DNA of 64,000 nt. It comes from Chrysomallon squamiferum (taxonomy: Eukaryota > Animalia > Mollusca). Numbering within the stretch: the first letter of the stretch is position 1; each line of letters begins with the position of its first letter. A program made the position numbers and the translations under genes. Below the pieces are notes generated by a model that was given only the letters and a program-made list of their open reading frames with translations, was not told the origin of the DNA and searched no databases. This document shows positions 11,771 to 26,100 of this stretch, piece after piece. The stretch covers positions 14,198,001-14,262,000 of the forward strand of contig CM022665.1 in NCBI GenBank assembly GCA_012295275.1, written 5' to 3'.

Positions 11771-14700
11771 TGAGATTATCAGAGTAAATTACACAAGTCA
11801 CATGTGTACACAACTTCACAATTAAAACAATATAACCATCCCAAACACAAAGAATTATTTCTCAATGGTAAAATTTCACAATATCCCAAGTTCACTGAGA
11901 ACAACAGGAAGAACAACACTGTATGAGGAACCCAAAAACAAGTTGATTTTCCACACTGTCATATGCTGAGATGATACCACTAGCCGTAGAAATTCACCAA
12001 CCATGAAGAGACCGCATACAGCTGTAGTAGCATCGTTTTCTTTTCATGAATGAACTCAATATGAACTGGAACCACAGAACTAGTTACACGCTGGAATACA
12101 GGTTGAGTGTTTCTCTCTGATGACAAAACAATCATGACTGTGTCTGCCTCATGATTTAGATGAGAGAGAGAGAAAACAGAGCCTGGTTGGCTGGCAATAA
12201 AACTGAGTCAGGGTTGACGACACAAAGCTACAAGTTGTGAAAATCAATCCATCAGATAAAAAGAATGTTTCTTTCTTTCTCCATTTAACTTGATGAGAAA
12301 GAAAAAAAAAATTAAAGAATTTATATTTGAATGGTTGATGCTGAGAGCAACACAACAACTGTTGATGATGATGATGCAGTTGTTGTAATTATAGTTGTTT
12401 CAACAAACAACTGAAAAAAAGAAATAAATGTCTTGCTAGTGACAGAAAGTGTAGCACTGTTGGGATGTACCAGGTGAAATGAAACAGATCAATACTCCTT
12501 TTTGCTGCTTTCCTATTAACATGCACATGCAACTAGCTATGTAGTGATTGGACAATTCAAACACAAAGACACAGGGTGGGACTTGCCTGGGGGGTCACTC
12601 TGTGAGGTGAGAAAAACAGAGAATAAGTGTATACACACTATATGCTGTGTCTTGACCTATTAAATAATGCTGGGTATATTTAAAACACTACATTTTCATA
12701 GCTCATGTTACATAAAAGAACTAAAGGAGAGGTGATCTGGGTATGAAAAAGAATAAGATTTCTAGTGTGAAATAATGACAAAATCTAAAGGTGTTTTCTG
12801 ATATAAAATGTTAAAATTTATTTTAAAAAAGTAAAATGTAATCAGCCTTGAAGGAATTTTAGAAATCAGGACTGTAAATATTTATTTCTAACATAAATAC
12901 ATTTTTTTTTTTTTTTTTAATAGTTCATGCATATAGGCATTACTGATACAGTATAAAATTATTTTTAAAATTACAATATTATTTTTCTCCTAAAACTGCT
13001 AATTTCCTTCTATTCATTCCTTTCACAAAAATTAAAAGTAAAAGATTTATATTTGTATTCTTCTACAATAATAAATCAATGTAAGAAGTAAATTTAAGTA
13101 TTCAGAAAACATGTAGTTTATTTTTCTCATAAATAATAAAACTGCATACATACATACATACATACATACACACAAAAAAGAGAAGATAAAGAAACAACTT
13201 TAAAGAATTATAAATTTATAAACAACAACAAAAACATTCACATCAAGATCTCTTATCTCATTTTATTAACATACACAAGCAGCTAATACAAACTAAACAA
13301 ACATGACTCACCCCACACTCCCACACATTCTGTTTACTCAGAATTACCTACCCCATTTTTCTCCTACTGACATTTCTTATAACACAACCAATGACTTTCC
13401 TTTACATTGGGGATTACACATATAAAATCAATCAACTTGCTTTAATGACCACATCATCTAAATCCATTCTCATCCCTGATTAATCCTCAGTTCTCATACT
13501 GGCTCTGTCTGTAATTTGATTCCTCAAGTAAACAAAAATATCTGTGGGTTTTTATTATTTTTAAATCTGTTTTATTTTTATATACTGATGCAGTATGAAT
13601 GGTTAATTCTTTAATATATTAAACACAATTTCTAATTCAGTCTCTAACAAATAAAAATATTTACGAATGTTATTTAAATATTTTTTATTAACTATCCCAC
13701 AGATACACAAACACACTTTCACATCCGTATATTTATATCTGTGTGCATGTATGTATGTATACAATACATGCATTAACAATAACTCTAGTAATAAATGTAA
13801 ACATAATTTCTTAATTTCTCAAAGAGTTAACATTTTAAGTCATAACAAATAAAAATGTAAGTATGTGTCTGTATGCATGTATCATTTATTTATATATCAT
13901 CTTTTGAATAAGATACTTACATAGACCTGTACTGAAACTGCATCAATAAAATGTCCACTCCATACACTGGTAAATGAAAATAAACTGTAGAAAATATACT
14001 ATCACTTAGCAAGTGATTAATAGTAATAATGACTTGACTGACTAAGGGCTGATTGATTGATTTACTAATTGTTAACTGTCCAATAACTACTTATTGAGTG
14101 ACGGACTCACTGACTAATCACTTTTTGTCTATCTGACCATCCAGCCGACTCATTATTAATAATGACTGAGTGATCAATGATCAAATCACTAAATAACTGA
14201 ATATATAAATCCAGAAAAAGTTCCAGAAGTGTTACACAGCATTATCACTGAAAAAATGAATGTATCTATCTAGTGTGTGAATGTGTGTCTGTATATTTGC
14301 AAATAAATGAATGTACAAGACAGATAACAACATGAATATGAATGAACAAATGAATGAATGAATGAATAAAAGAAACTACACAGAAAACAATCTATGTAGA
14401 AAATAAACTTACAGACAGTACTCTATTAGCTGTTAATGTTTTTGTTTGCACTTTATTACTCATCTTTGACAGGAAGGTTATAAAACTGCTGACAGGTAAG
14501 CTATAAGCTGAGACAATTTGCCTGGTCAGAACACAAACTAATCAAATACTTATTTCAAATGGTAACTCAGTCTGCCTGACATTTTGCTTCTGGATAAAAT
14601 CTCCATTAAAGATCGAGACTTGTCTAATAACGTGACTAATATTTCTCAGAATATTCCAGAAATAAGCAGAAGAATATTTAGTTCATCATCTGGGATTTAT

Positions 14701-15164
14701 AATATTTTCTTTTCTCTGCATTCTGCTGCAGCAGAGTTATATTTGATAAAAACCATAAGTGAAGGCACTGAGATCCTATGAAAATATCCAAGATGGATGC
14801 TAAAATCATATGGTATTTATGATGCAAGCAAAATAGTTTTCTTTTCTATATTGTAATGATGATAATACCATATTTATTTTCTTATTCATGAAATAAATAC
14901 TTAGTAAATTATAAATATTGTTTGTGATGTTTAAGATGGATGCCAAATCATATTTATAATAAATACATATATTTTACATCTTACTTTTCTGTATTTGCTT
15001 TTTAATATTGTTGTTATTAAAACTTTTGTTATCTCTAAACTTATTTAACTGTGATTGTAACAAATATAACAAAAATATTTTCTATTCATTGCAGTTCACT
15101 TTATTGAGTAGCATCAGATCATTTAAAGTGTACTAAATCTTTCAAAATGTGGTTATATCCATTA

Positions 15165-15360
15165 AAGGTTCAAGCCAGCCTGTCCTGTACACACACAATT
15201 TATGAGAAATGTAGTTAATGTGAATTAGTTAAGATTGAAAAGACAGAAGTATAGTGATCAAACATCACCCCAACCAGCGCTGAGCAAGAGAATGTATCAG
15301 GATTTGATCTCAGAACCAACAAATCTTAAAACTGACAGTTTTATCACTGCACCACTGATA
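15165..15360 (-). mobile_element. Possible decayed tRNA-derived SINE (second family)
   Basis: The minus strand begins tcagtggtgcagtgataaa (A-box-like) with ggttctgagatcaaatcc (B-box-like) about 35 nt later. Loosely similar to an opposite-strand segment at about 63.7-63.8 kb. Confidence 0.35.
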
Positions 15361-16624
15361 ATGATGTTAATTACAGAACAGTGTAATTTGCTATTGCCTG
15401 GCTGGACTAGTCAAGTTACAGTCCAGTGTTGGTGGGGATGAGTACACTATTTCACCATTTAACAAAACACAAAGCTAATCTATTTAACACCATCATGTCT
15501 GCTGAAATATGGAGAACAGAACTACGTAATGCAGAGATAAAGTATAGTCAATTTGTTATTCATCTGCTTAGTAAAATTTATAAACAAATGTTTAATGACA
15601 CCTCTACATGTTTTTATATTGACTGTTACTGATATTAAACCTTTGAACCCTGACATGTATAATGAGAACAGCTCAACCCTGGCTCCAAAGTGTCAAATAC
15701 ACAATTTTGCACAAGAGTTTATACAATTTATAAAACTGATTGGTTAAAATAAATGGAAGGAATTCCTTTTTTAACACCCAGCATGGTGGTATTGCCACTA
15801 ACGAGGCCAGCTGGGTTGTGAGGGTTAATGGAATAGAGAGGAAAGCCACTCTCAAGCAATATTTTACATAACACTGAAATACATAATAAAGTACATTTAC
15901 TTTGATAAGACAGATAGCAGTTTGGGGAAATGAAAAAGAGCAAAGATGTCACAATGTGTAAACTGAGGAGGATAGATCCTGAAACCCATTGTTCCTCAGG
16001 TCATCATTCAGTTACTGAATCAAAGTGTGAACTTGTTTAATAAAAACAGTAATAATCTTGTTTGTTTTCTTTCCATTTTGGGATTTTTGTTTTAATTTCC
16101 TGGTCTTTGACTTCTATCATTTTTCTTTGTCATTATAAGTTAATATAAAACAGAGAATGAATAATATGTTTTCATATTATCTAAAGCCTGTGGATAATCA
16201 AGGAATTTTTTTTTTCATGCAGTTCCAAGCAATGGAAGTTTTTCAGTAAAAAGAAAATGGACACACACACACACACACAGATGATTAAAACCAAAAGTGT
16301 GGAACACTTCTGAAAATATTCAAGATGACTGCCAAATCATATATATTTGTAGCATATATATATATGTTTTAGTCAGTCTGTTTCTCAGTACTGCACAAAA
16401 TGGTGGCTCTGATCTGACAGATCTGGCTACAAGAAACTGAAGTTAATAATGTGATTAGTCTTCTGACACAAATACTACATCAAGATCAAGCTGAGAACTG
16501 GAAATGAATCCCACAGTGCAACAGACTATCGTCTGGCAATACTGTAAATGTCATCAGACTCATCGATATTGTATATCTCTGTAACCAGTCAAATGTTGAA
16601 CTGGTCACCAATCACAAACAACAG

Positions 16625-16989
16625 AGCAAATCAATACTTGTCTTGCAGGCTCAATCAATCAATACTTATATTACAGATTCACATAGTAAACACCTGTGTT
16701 ACAATACTTATGTTACAGTTTCACTATTCCATACTTATGTTAAAGTTACATTATTCAATATTTACATTACAGCCACACTATATAATGCTTAAGTTACAGT
16801 CTCAGCCAATCAATACTTATGTTACAGTCTCAGCCAATCAATACTTATGTTACAGTTTCACTATTCCATACTTATGTTAAAGTTACATTATTCAATATTT
16901 ACATTACAGCCACACTATATAATGCTTAAGTTACAGTCTCAGCCAATCAATACTTATGTTACAGTTTCAGCCAATCAGTACTTATGTTA
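16625..16989. repeat. About 28-bp minisatellite with a 137-bp higher-order duplication
   Basis: Monomer aatacttatgttacagtctcagccaatc. The block starting near 16703 is repeated almost exactly at 16840. Confidence 0.92.
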
Positions 16990-17585
16990 AGGATGCTTAA
17001 AAATGTTTTCTTATTTTCAAATATTTTCTTTCGATATTTTGAATTATTTCTTAATATTGGTGAATGCTTCGGATTTTTAAAATAGGTTTTGCCAGAACTA
17101 TATCTTTATGCATCTGCTTAACAAAATTTCTTTTATTGGTATGTTCTTAGCATGTTTTTTTAAATGTGTTTGATAACAAAATATTTTCAAATATTTTCAG
17201 TTTAAAATCAAAATACGTAAGAATTAATTATCACTTTATATAAAATATAATAAAATCAAAAATTTTTGCTAAAATGATTATTCAATAAAATATTGCATTT
17301 CCTTACAGAAAACACTAAAACACTGCATGTCATGCATGAATATTACAAAAGAGATATGATTTGAAATTATGTCTATAGCTATCATCCTAAAAGGTAAAAC
17401 AAAAAAAAGGTTGAGAAAGAAAAAAAAAGAAAGAGAACAAAACAGAAAACATGAAAATAAAGCAAAATGCACACAGTTGTAAGAATCACCAAAAATATAT
17501 CCAGTTCCAGTTCCTATCAGGAAAACAAAATTTTACAAAATGCAATCAAATTTAAAACTGCAACATATTAGCAAAACCAAATGTG

Positions 17586-17592
17586 AAATAAA

Positions 17593-17678
<86 letters not shown>

Positions 17679-17712
17679 TAAATAAATAAATGAATAAATA
17701 AGTAAATAAATA
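17586..17712. repeat. (AAAT)n(AAT)n(AAAT)n microsatellite
   Basis: Directly visible. Confidence 0.97.
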
Positions 17713-18325
17713 TAAAAATGAAAATCTGATCTACAATGTCTGCTACTATAAAATAATCTGAACTGTAATTGTGTTGGAGAGGTTAGCTGCCAGTAATGAG
17801 AGGGACCAAACTGCAGTGTCAATAAAGAGAGGATTAAGCTAGTTACACAGATATGTGGCCCATCACCAATCAATATCCCGATCTGCCCACTGGGACCAGC
17901 ACTTTAAAATGATGGCCAGTATTGATGGCTGAAACTGCATCACAATGACCATAACTTGTCAGAATGGTCCAAGCATGGTCATTCATCAATCACTATAGCA
18001 ACTCATTCTTAGCAATAAGCTGCAGAATTGACATTATAAATAACCACAACACAATGGCCGCCATATTGTAAATGACAGTTAATCAAATGAAACCAAATGC
18101 CAAACATTTCCAATTCATGGACTCATTTTATGTTATGTTTTAATTGATTTATTTAAAAATAAATCTCTCTTCATAAAGATTAGCAGATTTCATATGTCTC
18201 TTGTATGTTATTATTTATATCCATTTAAATTATTGATTGTCTGAGGATTTTGTTTTTATTATAATTTTGTAAATACTGGTATTTATTGTTCTGCTATCAT
18301 TTACATATATGTATTATATATACAA

Positions 18326-18359
<34 letters not shown>

Positions 18360-21144
18360 GTACATAGTGACATGTACATACACGCAGACAGACAGACAGG
18401 CAAAATTTAATCATATTTGGTTAAAATTATCAATAACAGTTTAATCAAATTAGCATTTTAAAGCTTTCCAAATCTAATCAGACTAAAAGAATAACAGCAT
18501 CAGAAATAATGAGAATGAGTTTCACGAAGATCACTTATGAAATATTAATTACATCATTTATAGATTACTGAGAACTGGATATAAAATTAGGTTAAACTGA
18601 TGCCACTTAATGGTTAAACAAACAAAACAGTTATTATTAAGAAGAGTCACAGTTAGATGCTTGGCCTCCTTTTCTGGTATTTATCTTTTAAATCTTGCAT
18701 CTGTACTGTTTAAATTATGACAGTACAGTACGTACCAAAATATTATGAGCATTATTCTAGAACAGCAAATGAACTACAGTTACTACAAACATGGAAATAA
18801 GTTCTTCATCACAGAAACTGTCCAGTACAAATTTATTATTTCTTAAACTTTGATAGTTAATATTATTAATAAAATATAACTAATACTGACATACTTATTA
18901 TAATTTATTTCAATATTCTGTCTGTGTATGTGCATGTCACTGTGTACATATATATATATATATATATATACACATTTGTGTATGTTTATATTTGCATTTT
19001 TGTTTCTATTTTCCTCTTAATGTTTCTATGCAATTATAACACAAACACAGATGCTGTCATTATTTATAATACCTTTGTATCTGTTTCCAGTAAAGTATCA
19101 CATGTAAATGTCTCCTGCTGTGTGTATGAAGAGGTTGTATTGGGTAATGTAAGTGTGGCAGTCCTCTCTCTCCGATATTAATCATTGATTACAATGCAGA
19201 GAGGACTGCTGTTTTTGCACATTAAACAATACATCTCTCCAGAGTCTGCACAATCTAATTTAAAATTTATTATATACTAAAACAAAACTGAAAAAAAGAA
19301 AATAATAATAACAATACGTATGAATAATTCTAATTAGCTCTGAGGGTTTAATTTCAGACAGACATTATTTAAAATTAAATTATGAAGCTTAAATATAATT
19401 TTCAAATAATCTAGACTTTATGTATGATATAAATAAGTATTTATTTTTGAAATATTTAAAATGTTATGATTATATTAATAACATCAGTAATACTACTACT
19501 ACTACAAAAGACCAATAATAAAAACAATAAACAAGAATAAAACAAACACAACAACGAGTAGAAGAAAAACAAAATGAGAATAACAACAATGTAAGAATTC
19601 ATAGCAAAATAAATTTTAACCTCAACAATAATAACAGCAATAATAATAACACCACCATCAACAACAGTTAAAAAATAACAGTTCAGTTTATATTCATATT
19701 CAAAACTTTCATCTCTTTCTGTCTGACAAAACTCATCAGACACACAACCTGATAACTTGGAGATTGTTAAATAAAACATTCATAAGCACACAATGAGACA
19801 TCATCGCTCCAGCCAAAGGCAAATATTTTTAAAAACCACTGACATAAGGGCAATTATTCTTTAGTTATCTAATCACAAACCAGCAGTATTTTCATTGTGA
19901 ATGGGTGGTAAAAATCAATGCAAATTGGATAAAATCCATGTATGAGCAATTCTTTACCAGACAAGCTGCCTGTGTTTGGTTACAAAATGGCCCATAATAC
20001 ATCAAAGGGTAACATTGTTAACATATGTGAATCCAGACATGATGAATTGATTATAAGAACAACTATAGTAAAGAATTTTCAGACTAAAACTGGCTGTAAC
20101 AATATTATAGTAAATAAACCACTGGCCTAAACATAGCCACAATAATATAGCATTATTAGCCTAAAATCAGTAGTAATATAATATTCAGATCTTCACATCA
20201 AAATGGCTAAAACATGTTTTCCATGGGCATTGTATCTTATGTTCAACTATTAATATCTGTTCTAAAATTCAATTTTCATTAGACTGAGATTTCAATATGT
20301 CTGCCATAATTAGAAATTCTAAATCTGATATTAACTTTAAGAATAAAACATATACTGTGATAGGTAGAAGACCCTAAACTTTAATACTTTCTGATTTTAA
20401 CTTCAAAATTCAATGTGCCTTCGCTGAGCATTTTGCCTATGTCTATTATCCAATTCCTATCTTAATGTCATTATCTTTTAAAACAATTTGTATTCACACA
20501 TCTTAATTAAACTGAAAAGTTAAAGCAGAATGCTCTAAGCTTTACTTTGAGACAGATATTAAGCTTATTGTTAAAGTAATATAAGTCAGAGATTTCACCA
20601 GCTGCCAAAGTCTATTATAAATCCATGTTAATTTGATAGAGTATACTAACAGTAGACAAGTATATCTGTTTACCACTGACTAAACATTTTTCTAAGTGAG
20701 ACATAAACAAACAAGTCTATCAAGATCTAGTCATCTTCTTTGTTCTTGTTACTGCAGTAAACACACATATCATTCTTCCTGAATCCAGAACTCACCAGAA
20801 AGAGCAGGTGGCCAAATGATTCTATTCTTGGTCTCATGCTCATAAAACATTGATAGAGTCCAGATTTAAAGGCTTAGAGACAGTTTTAGCAAGAGATTGT
20901 CCTATTCAAATCAAAGGCTTAGCGGTGTCAGTGATAATGTAAGGAACAGAAAGGATAAATTTGAGTTGATCTGTTAGTTAATGCAAGACATGATGTCCAG
21001 AACAGAATGATAAGATTGTATCGTCACATTTTTTCTACACTTAGAGCAGGTGCAAACATATTTGACACCAATAGCAGAGACTTAAAAGTGCATGATGAAC
21101 TAAGGAAATGAATGGAAATGAATGGAAATCTCACCTTGTGAAGA

Positions 21145-21205
21145 GTTACTTACTCTTTTTTGGTTAATAGCAAGGGATTTTTTGTATGTACTTCCTATAG
21201 GAAAT
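21145..21205 (-). mobile_element. Short fragment of SINE-like family A
   Basis: tactcttttttggttaatagcaagggattttttgtatgtacttcctatagg matches the family core. Confidence 0.45.
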
Positions 21206-22802
21206 CTTTAATAAATTGTACAGTCGTTACTGGGGTTATTTCCCATAGATATAACATGAACATAAGGAACTGTGTACTCTGAGTACATCCTTAGACATTT
21301 ACATCACAGTAAATGTGAATCATTCCATTTTATTGAACTTTATTCACTATTACCACACTTTTAAATGCTAGTGCCATTTGACTCAAGATCCTGATGCCTT
21401 TAATGACTAAAGATGGTTTTCAAAGAGGTTTCGACCTTTAGTGATCCTAGATGTCGGAGCATGTAGCAACCACAGATATCTGTGTCTTGATAATAATCAA
21501 GTTTACCTACTGCACTAAGCCAGTTCAGCATATGAGGAAATCAGTGATGTGTAAAACTGAGTATTAAATAAATTTACAGTTCAGTGATTTTGAAATGAAA
21601 TCATATAAGAAAGAAAATGCACTATCTTCATACCTGAATCAATTCAGCAGAAATGTTTCACATATTTGTAGGAAATACTTGATATGACCTTCTGATACAT
21701 TACCAACAAAATGATACTCCTCCTACTTCTGCTACTTATACAACTACTACTACCCACACTACTATTATCAATACTACTACTACTAATTTATTTCTATTAA
21801 ATCACTACTGATATTAATGCTACTTCTACTACAACTGCATCAAAACATAATACATGTTATAATAATGATGATAATATTAACAACAACAATAAAACAAAAT
21901 AAATAAGCAAACAATGTTCTGAAAAAATAAACTCATTTGCTAGGAAACAAAATGCAAGATCAAAGAATATTTCTGGTTATCCAGATAAATAATTGTAATA
22001 TAGCTGACTGACAAAAAATGAATCATATGATGTAGAAAAATTAAAGACATTTCTCATTTCAAATCAAGTATCATGGCTCATTTCACTTGTCACTTAAAAA
22101 GCAGAATCACCAAACATGAGATTTTTGTATCAAACTGAACTTGAACGGAAACAAATAAGTGGCTGTCTTTAAAAAATAATAATAAAAAATGATAATCCAT
22201 AAAAATAATTTAAAAAAAAAAAAAAAAAAGGATAAAAATTATTTTGATGTCTTTGTATTTTAGTTTTTTCATTTTAAGTACATTTTCTGATATTTTCACA
22301 GTTATTAACTTTGTACTAATAAATGAAAAACAGAAAGAAAAAAGAAAGGAATAAATAATAATAATAATAAATAAAGAGCAAAAACCCAAAGTGTAGTAAA
22401 GAAAATTATAAATGTGCATGGTACTAGAAATAATAATAATAATTTTGAAAAAATTAAATACCAACATGTGATAAATTTTTTTTTAAATATCTAAGAATGA
22501 AAAGAAAAACATTTAAATTAAAAATGAAATAGAATCTCGATTTTGTTATAAAATACACATCTGTAAATTAAAATTATATATTTCAAACATGTTAAAATAA
22601 TTTATTATCAATAGTTTTCAGTTAAATTGTTATCAGTTGTTCTCTGCATTTCAAACTTGTCTTTCAACAAACACATAAATAATTTTCCAGATGTGTTAAA
22701 AAGAAAGTCTTTTATTTGAAACACAAGATTAATTTTATCACCTGTTAACAGCTTTTGACCTTTTCAAGCCACAATGTTTAAAAGAAAGAACACATTTCCC
22801 AG

Positions 22803-23118
22803 CAGGGGCAGATACAGGTTTCAGAAAAGAGGGTGGCACTTTCAATATGCTGGATATAACTTTTAAGATAACACACAGTTAATTATTGTAAAGAAAATCT
22901 TTCAAAAGTAAAATGAGTTTGCAAGATGCACAAAAATTGGTTTAACAAAAGACAAATTTGGAAAAAGTATTAAACTATCATTTTGATTATGACTTTCATG
23001 ATAGAACACATTTTATCATAAAAAAAAGAGATAATTTCTTGTCAATAAATGATGGGATGGCATCAGCCAGGTGTACTCCTCGTGCCTCCCCCCACACACA
23101 CCAGCTGATCTGTGCTTG
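22803..23118. mobile_element. Possible decayed MITE with GC-rich termini
   Basis: Left caggggcagatacag plus a G-rich tract, right a C-rich tract plus ctgatctgtgcttg. Weak inverted similarity around an AT-rich core. Confidence 0.3.
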
Positions 23119-26100
23119 GTCAGAACTATGTCTCCTGAAGAATTTAAGAAAACATGTTTTTGATCTGGCTACAAGTTTTGAGTTTCTGATGTATGTAAAG
23201 ATGTTTGGTGTTAATGTCTACTGCAGTCTCAAAGGTGATGGGCAGACATGATTGATATGTAGAATGATTCCTACAGGAAAACAAAGAGACAGGCTGGTTT
23301 TGAATGGAATGATTTTGAATGTTAGCAAATGTGAATAAATTATTCTTTGAAGATGATTTTAAACTGTTGATAAAAACATAATTTTACAATTTATATTACC
23401 AGTATTATTAGTCATTTATCACTATATTGGCAAAATTTTACATATATCATTCAGTATTGACATATTTACATAATACAGAATAACTGAACTGAATCAATGC
23501 ATACAATTTGTGTCAGTACATTTTATCCAAAAATAAAAACTGTGTCATTTACATTAGGTAAATTTTATACAGTCATTCCATGCCTGTATTAGTCCTTGAT
23601 TGCAATTTGCCAGTAATTACTAAAGATACCTAACCTTCCAGAAACACATTAATATATTTTATACAACCTTGTCATGATTATTCAGGCATTATAATGATTA
23701 ATTCATGATTATTACATTAAATTCATAATTATGTCTTATAAGTCATAAATGGTAGAGGTTTTGCATTCTATTCCAAAGGTGGAATATTTACATATACCAC
23801 ATATTTATAAGTCCGGTCCCTTACATAGGAAAACAATCAGTCTTTCAACTTTAGCTTATTTATAAGATTATCTATTTTATGAAATAAAAAGATGATATAT
23901 TTTTACTAAATGATAATAAACATTTCACTTTTATGTGAACAACATTTAAACTTTAATGATAAAACCATATCCTATCACCTTATTCTTATTCCAGAAATAA
24001 AGTTTGTCCTTTCAGCTTTTACTATGTTTGTGTCATTACTCTAACAAACATAACATGTACGTTAGCTTATTGTGCTGAATTCTCTGCTTAACAAATGAAA
24101 AATATTGTGATGTACAAAACTAATCAGTTTATAACTGAAATTATGTGTTATCAGATTTTAATCATTTAGCTTGTCTTTATTTCAAAATCAATTTTTGAAA
24201 TATGCCTGTCATGGCTCCTTTAAGATTAGTGCCATGTTTGAAATCATTGTAACAAAGTTAATTCAAAATAAATATGAAAAACAGAGAAATAACAGAGAAA
24301 TAATGAGCATAAACATGGATGCTGTCATTATTTATAACACTTTATTTTTGTTTCCATTCATATGTCATGTGTTAATGGCTGCCTGCTGTGTACATAAATG
24401 ACAAGGATGTGTAACCCAGATAATTTATTTGTATTCTTAGATAGGTCAAAAGTTTGTGGTTTTTAACTGTATTATGTTACCAACCCCTGAATAAATACAT
24501 TATATTAAATGAATGCTGCAACGTATATAATTTCATGCTGTTTCTTTTTTCTTTTTTTTTTATAATTTAGAAAAATAAGTGTCATTATTTCAGCTGAGAA
24601 TAAATGAAAAAACACATAAATAATATAACATGCAAGGTAAATGTATAAATTATAAATGAGGTGTGGTATATATTTTTATGCAGAAAGAATTGTCATTTAC
24701 CTTTTTTTTTATTATTGTTATCTTTCTCTCACTCTTTTTTATTCTTTTTTTCCTTTTTTTTTTACTGGATTGATTCTGATATTATATATACAGCATTAAT
24801 TAGTTTTGTCTAACTAATTCCACTTTTTTTGAGAAATAATAAATAAACTCTAAAAAGAATAATACTGATTCAGTATAATGTAAAGATGGATTTAGAAATT
24901 TTGTTGAATATATCTTCCAACTGAACCCCCCACCTTATAAGCAGGACTGGATTTTCTCCTGGCATATCCTGTGAGACATCTGACTACATCTGAAGTTGTT
25001 TTTACTAATTCCTGTTCTGTCTGGTACCTATAACTTAAAACAACAATTATCTCTACTAAGGAAATGTCACCTTGATCTAAGCTTTACCATCTTGTCTTTG
25101 TTCTAGCAGGAATCAATTTCATCTTACTGCAATTTCTATCTGAAGCAGGAAATTATATGGTAAAGAGAAAAAATGTCCAGGCATCTCAACAGTGTTGCTT
25201 TAGTATTTCTTGTTTAAGTTGTTCAACAAGTCAATAATATGTTATTGTGGTGAATTTCAATTTGGAATGAAAAAAATCTGGCAACTAAATTATATGGTAA
25301 GAAATAAAATGAACAATTATAATATTAATGTCACTTCAGTCTCTACAAGAGTATGCCATTTTTTTTTTATAACCAAATGAAGGAAATCCTTACTTATTTC
25401 AAACTATACTACTTCCAAAAAAAATGAAAAAAACAAACATCCAACAACCTCCACCTATTTATACAGAATGGGTTGGAACATAAGTTTATAGTGTTTTTAA
25501 ATGTAAAACAAAAAATATATTTTGTGTTTTTAAATAGATTTATTCAATCAAATATGTGCCATATTTTTTCACCTTTATGTATATGTCACATATATGAAAC
25601 AAAATCACAATTTCAAATGCCAACTGTTGAAATACTTGATGAATTTTTGCTCAGGTATCTAAATTATATGGTAAGGAAAGATGAACAAATAACATGTCAC
25701 CTTGTCACCTTGGTCAAGTGTCAGTGTTGAGAAAACCAAAAACAGACAGGAAATAATATGGAAAGGAAAGATGAATAAATATCAAAGTCATGATGCTTTG
25801 ATTATAGGCCAAATGCAAAGATATGTCACCTTTTGTTAGGCCTAACTCCAGAATAATTCCAGCTAATTTCAGTTTATGGACATTAAAAGAAAAAAAAATG
25901 TAGACCAAAGCAATAAAAACAGCAAATTAAATTATATGATAATGAAAGATGAAAAAATGTCTTTACCTTGGTCTAAGTAAGAAAATTTCACACCATTTTG
26001 GATCATGTCAGCTTACATTAAAACAACAATAACAATGAAAATAATTAAAAATAAAAGTAAATAAATAATAAACAAAAACAAACATATAAGTCATGTGATA

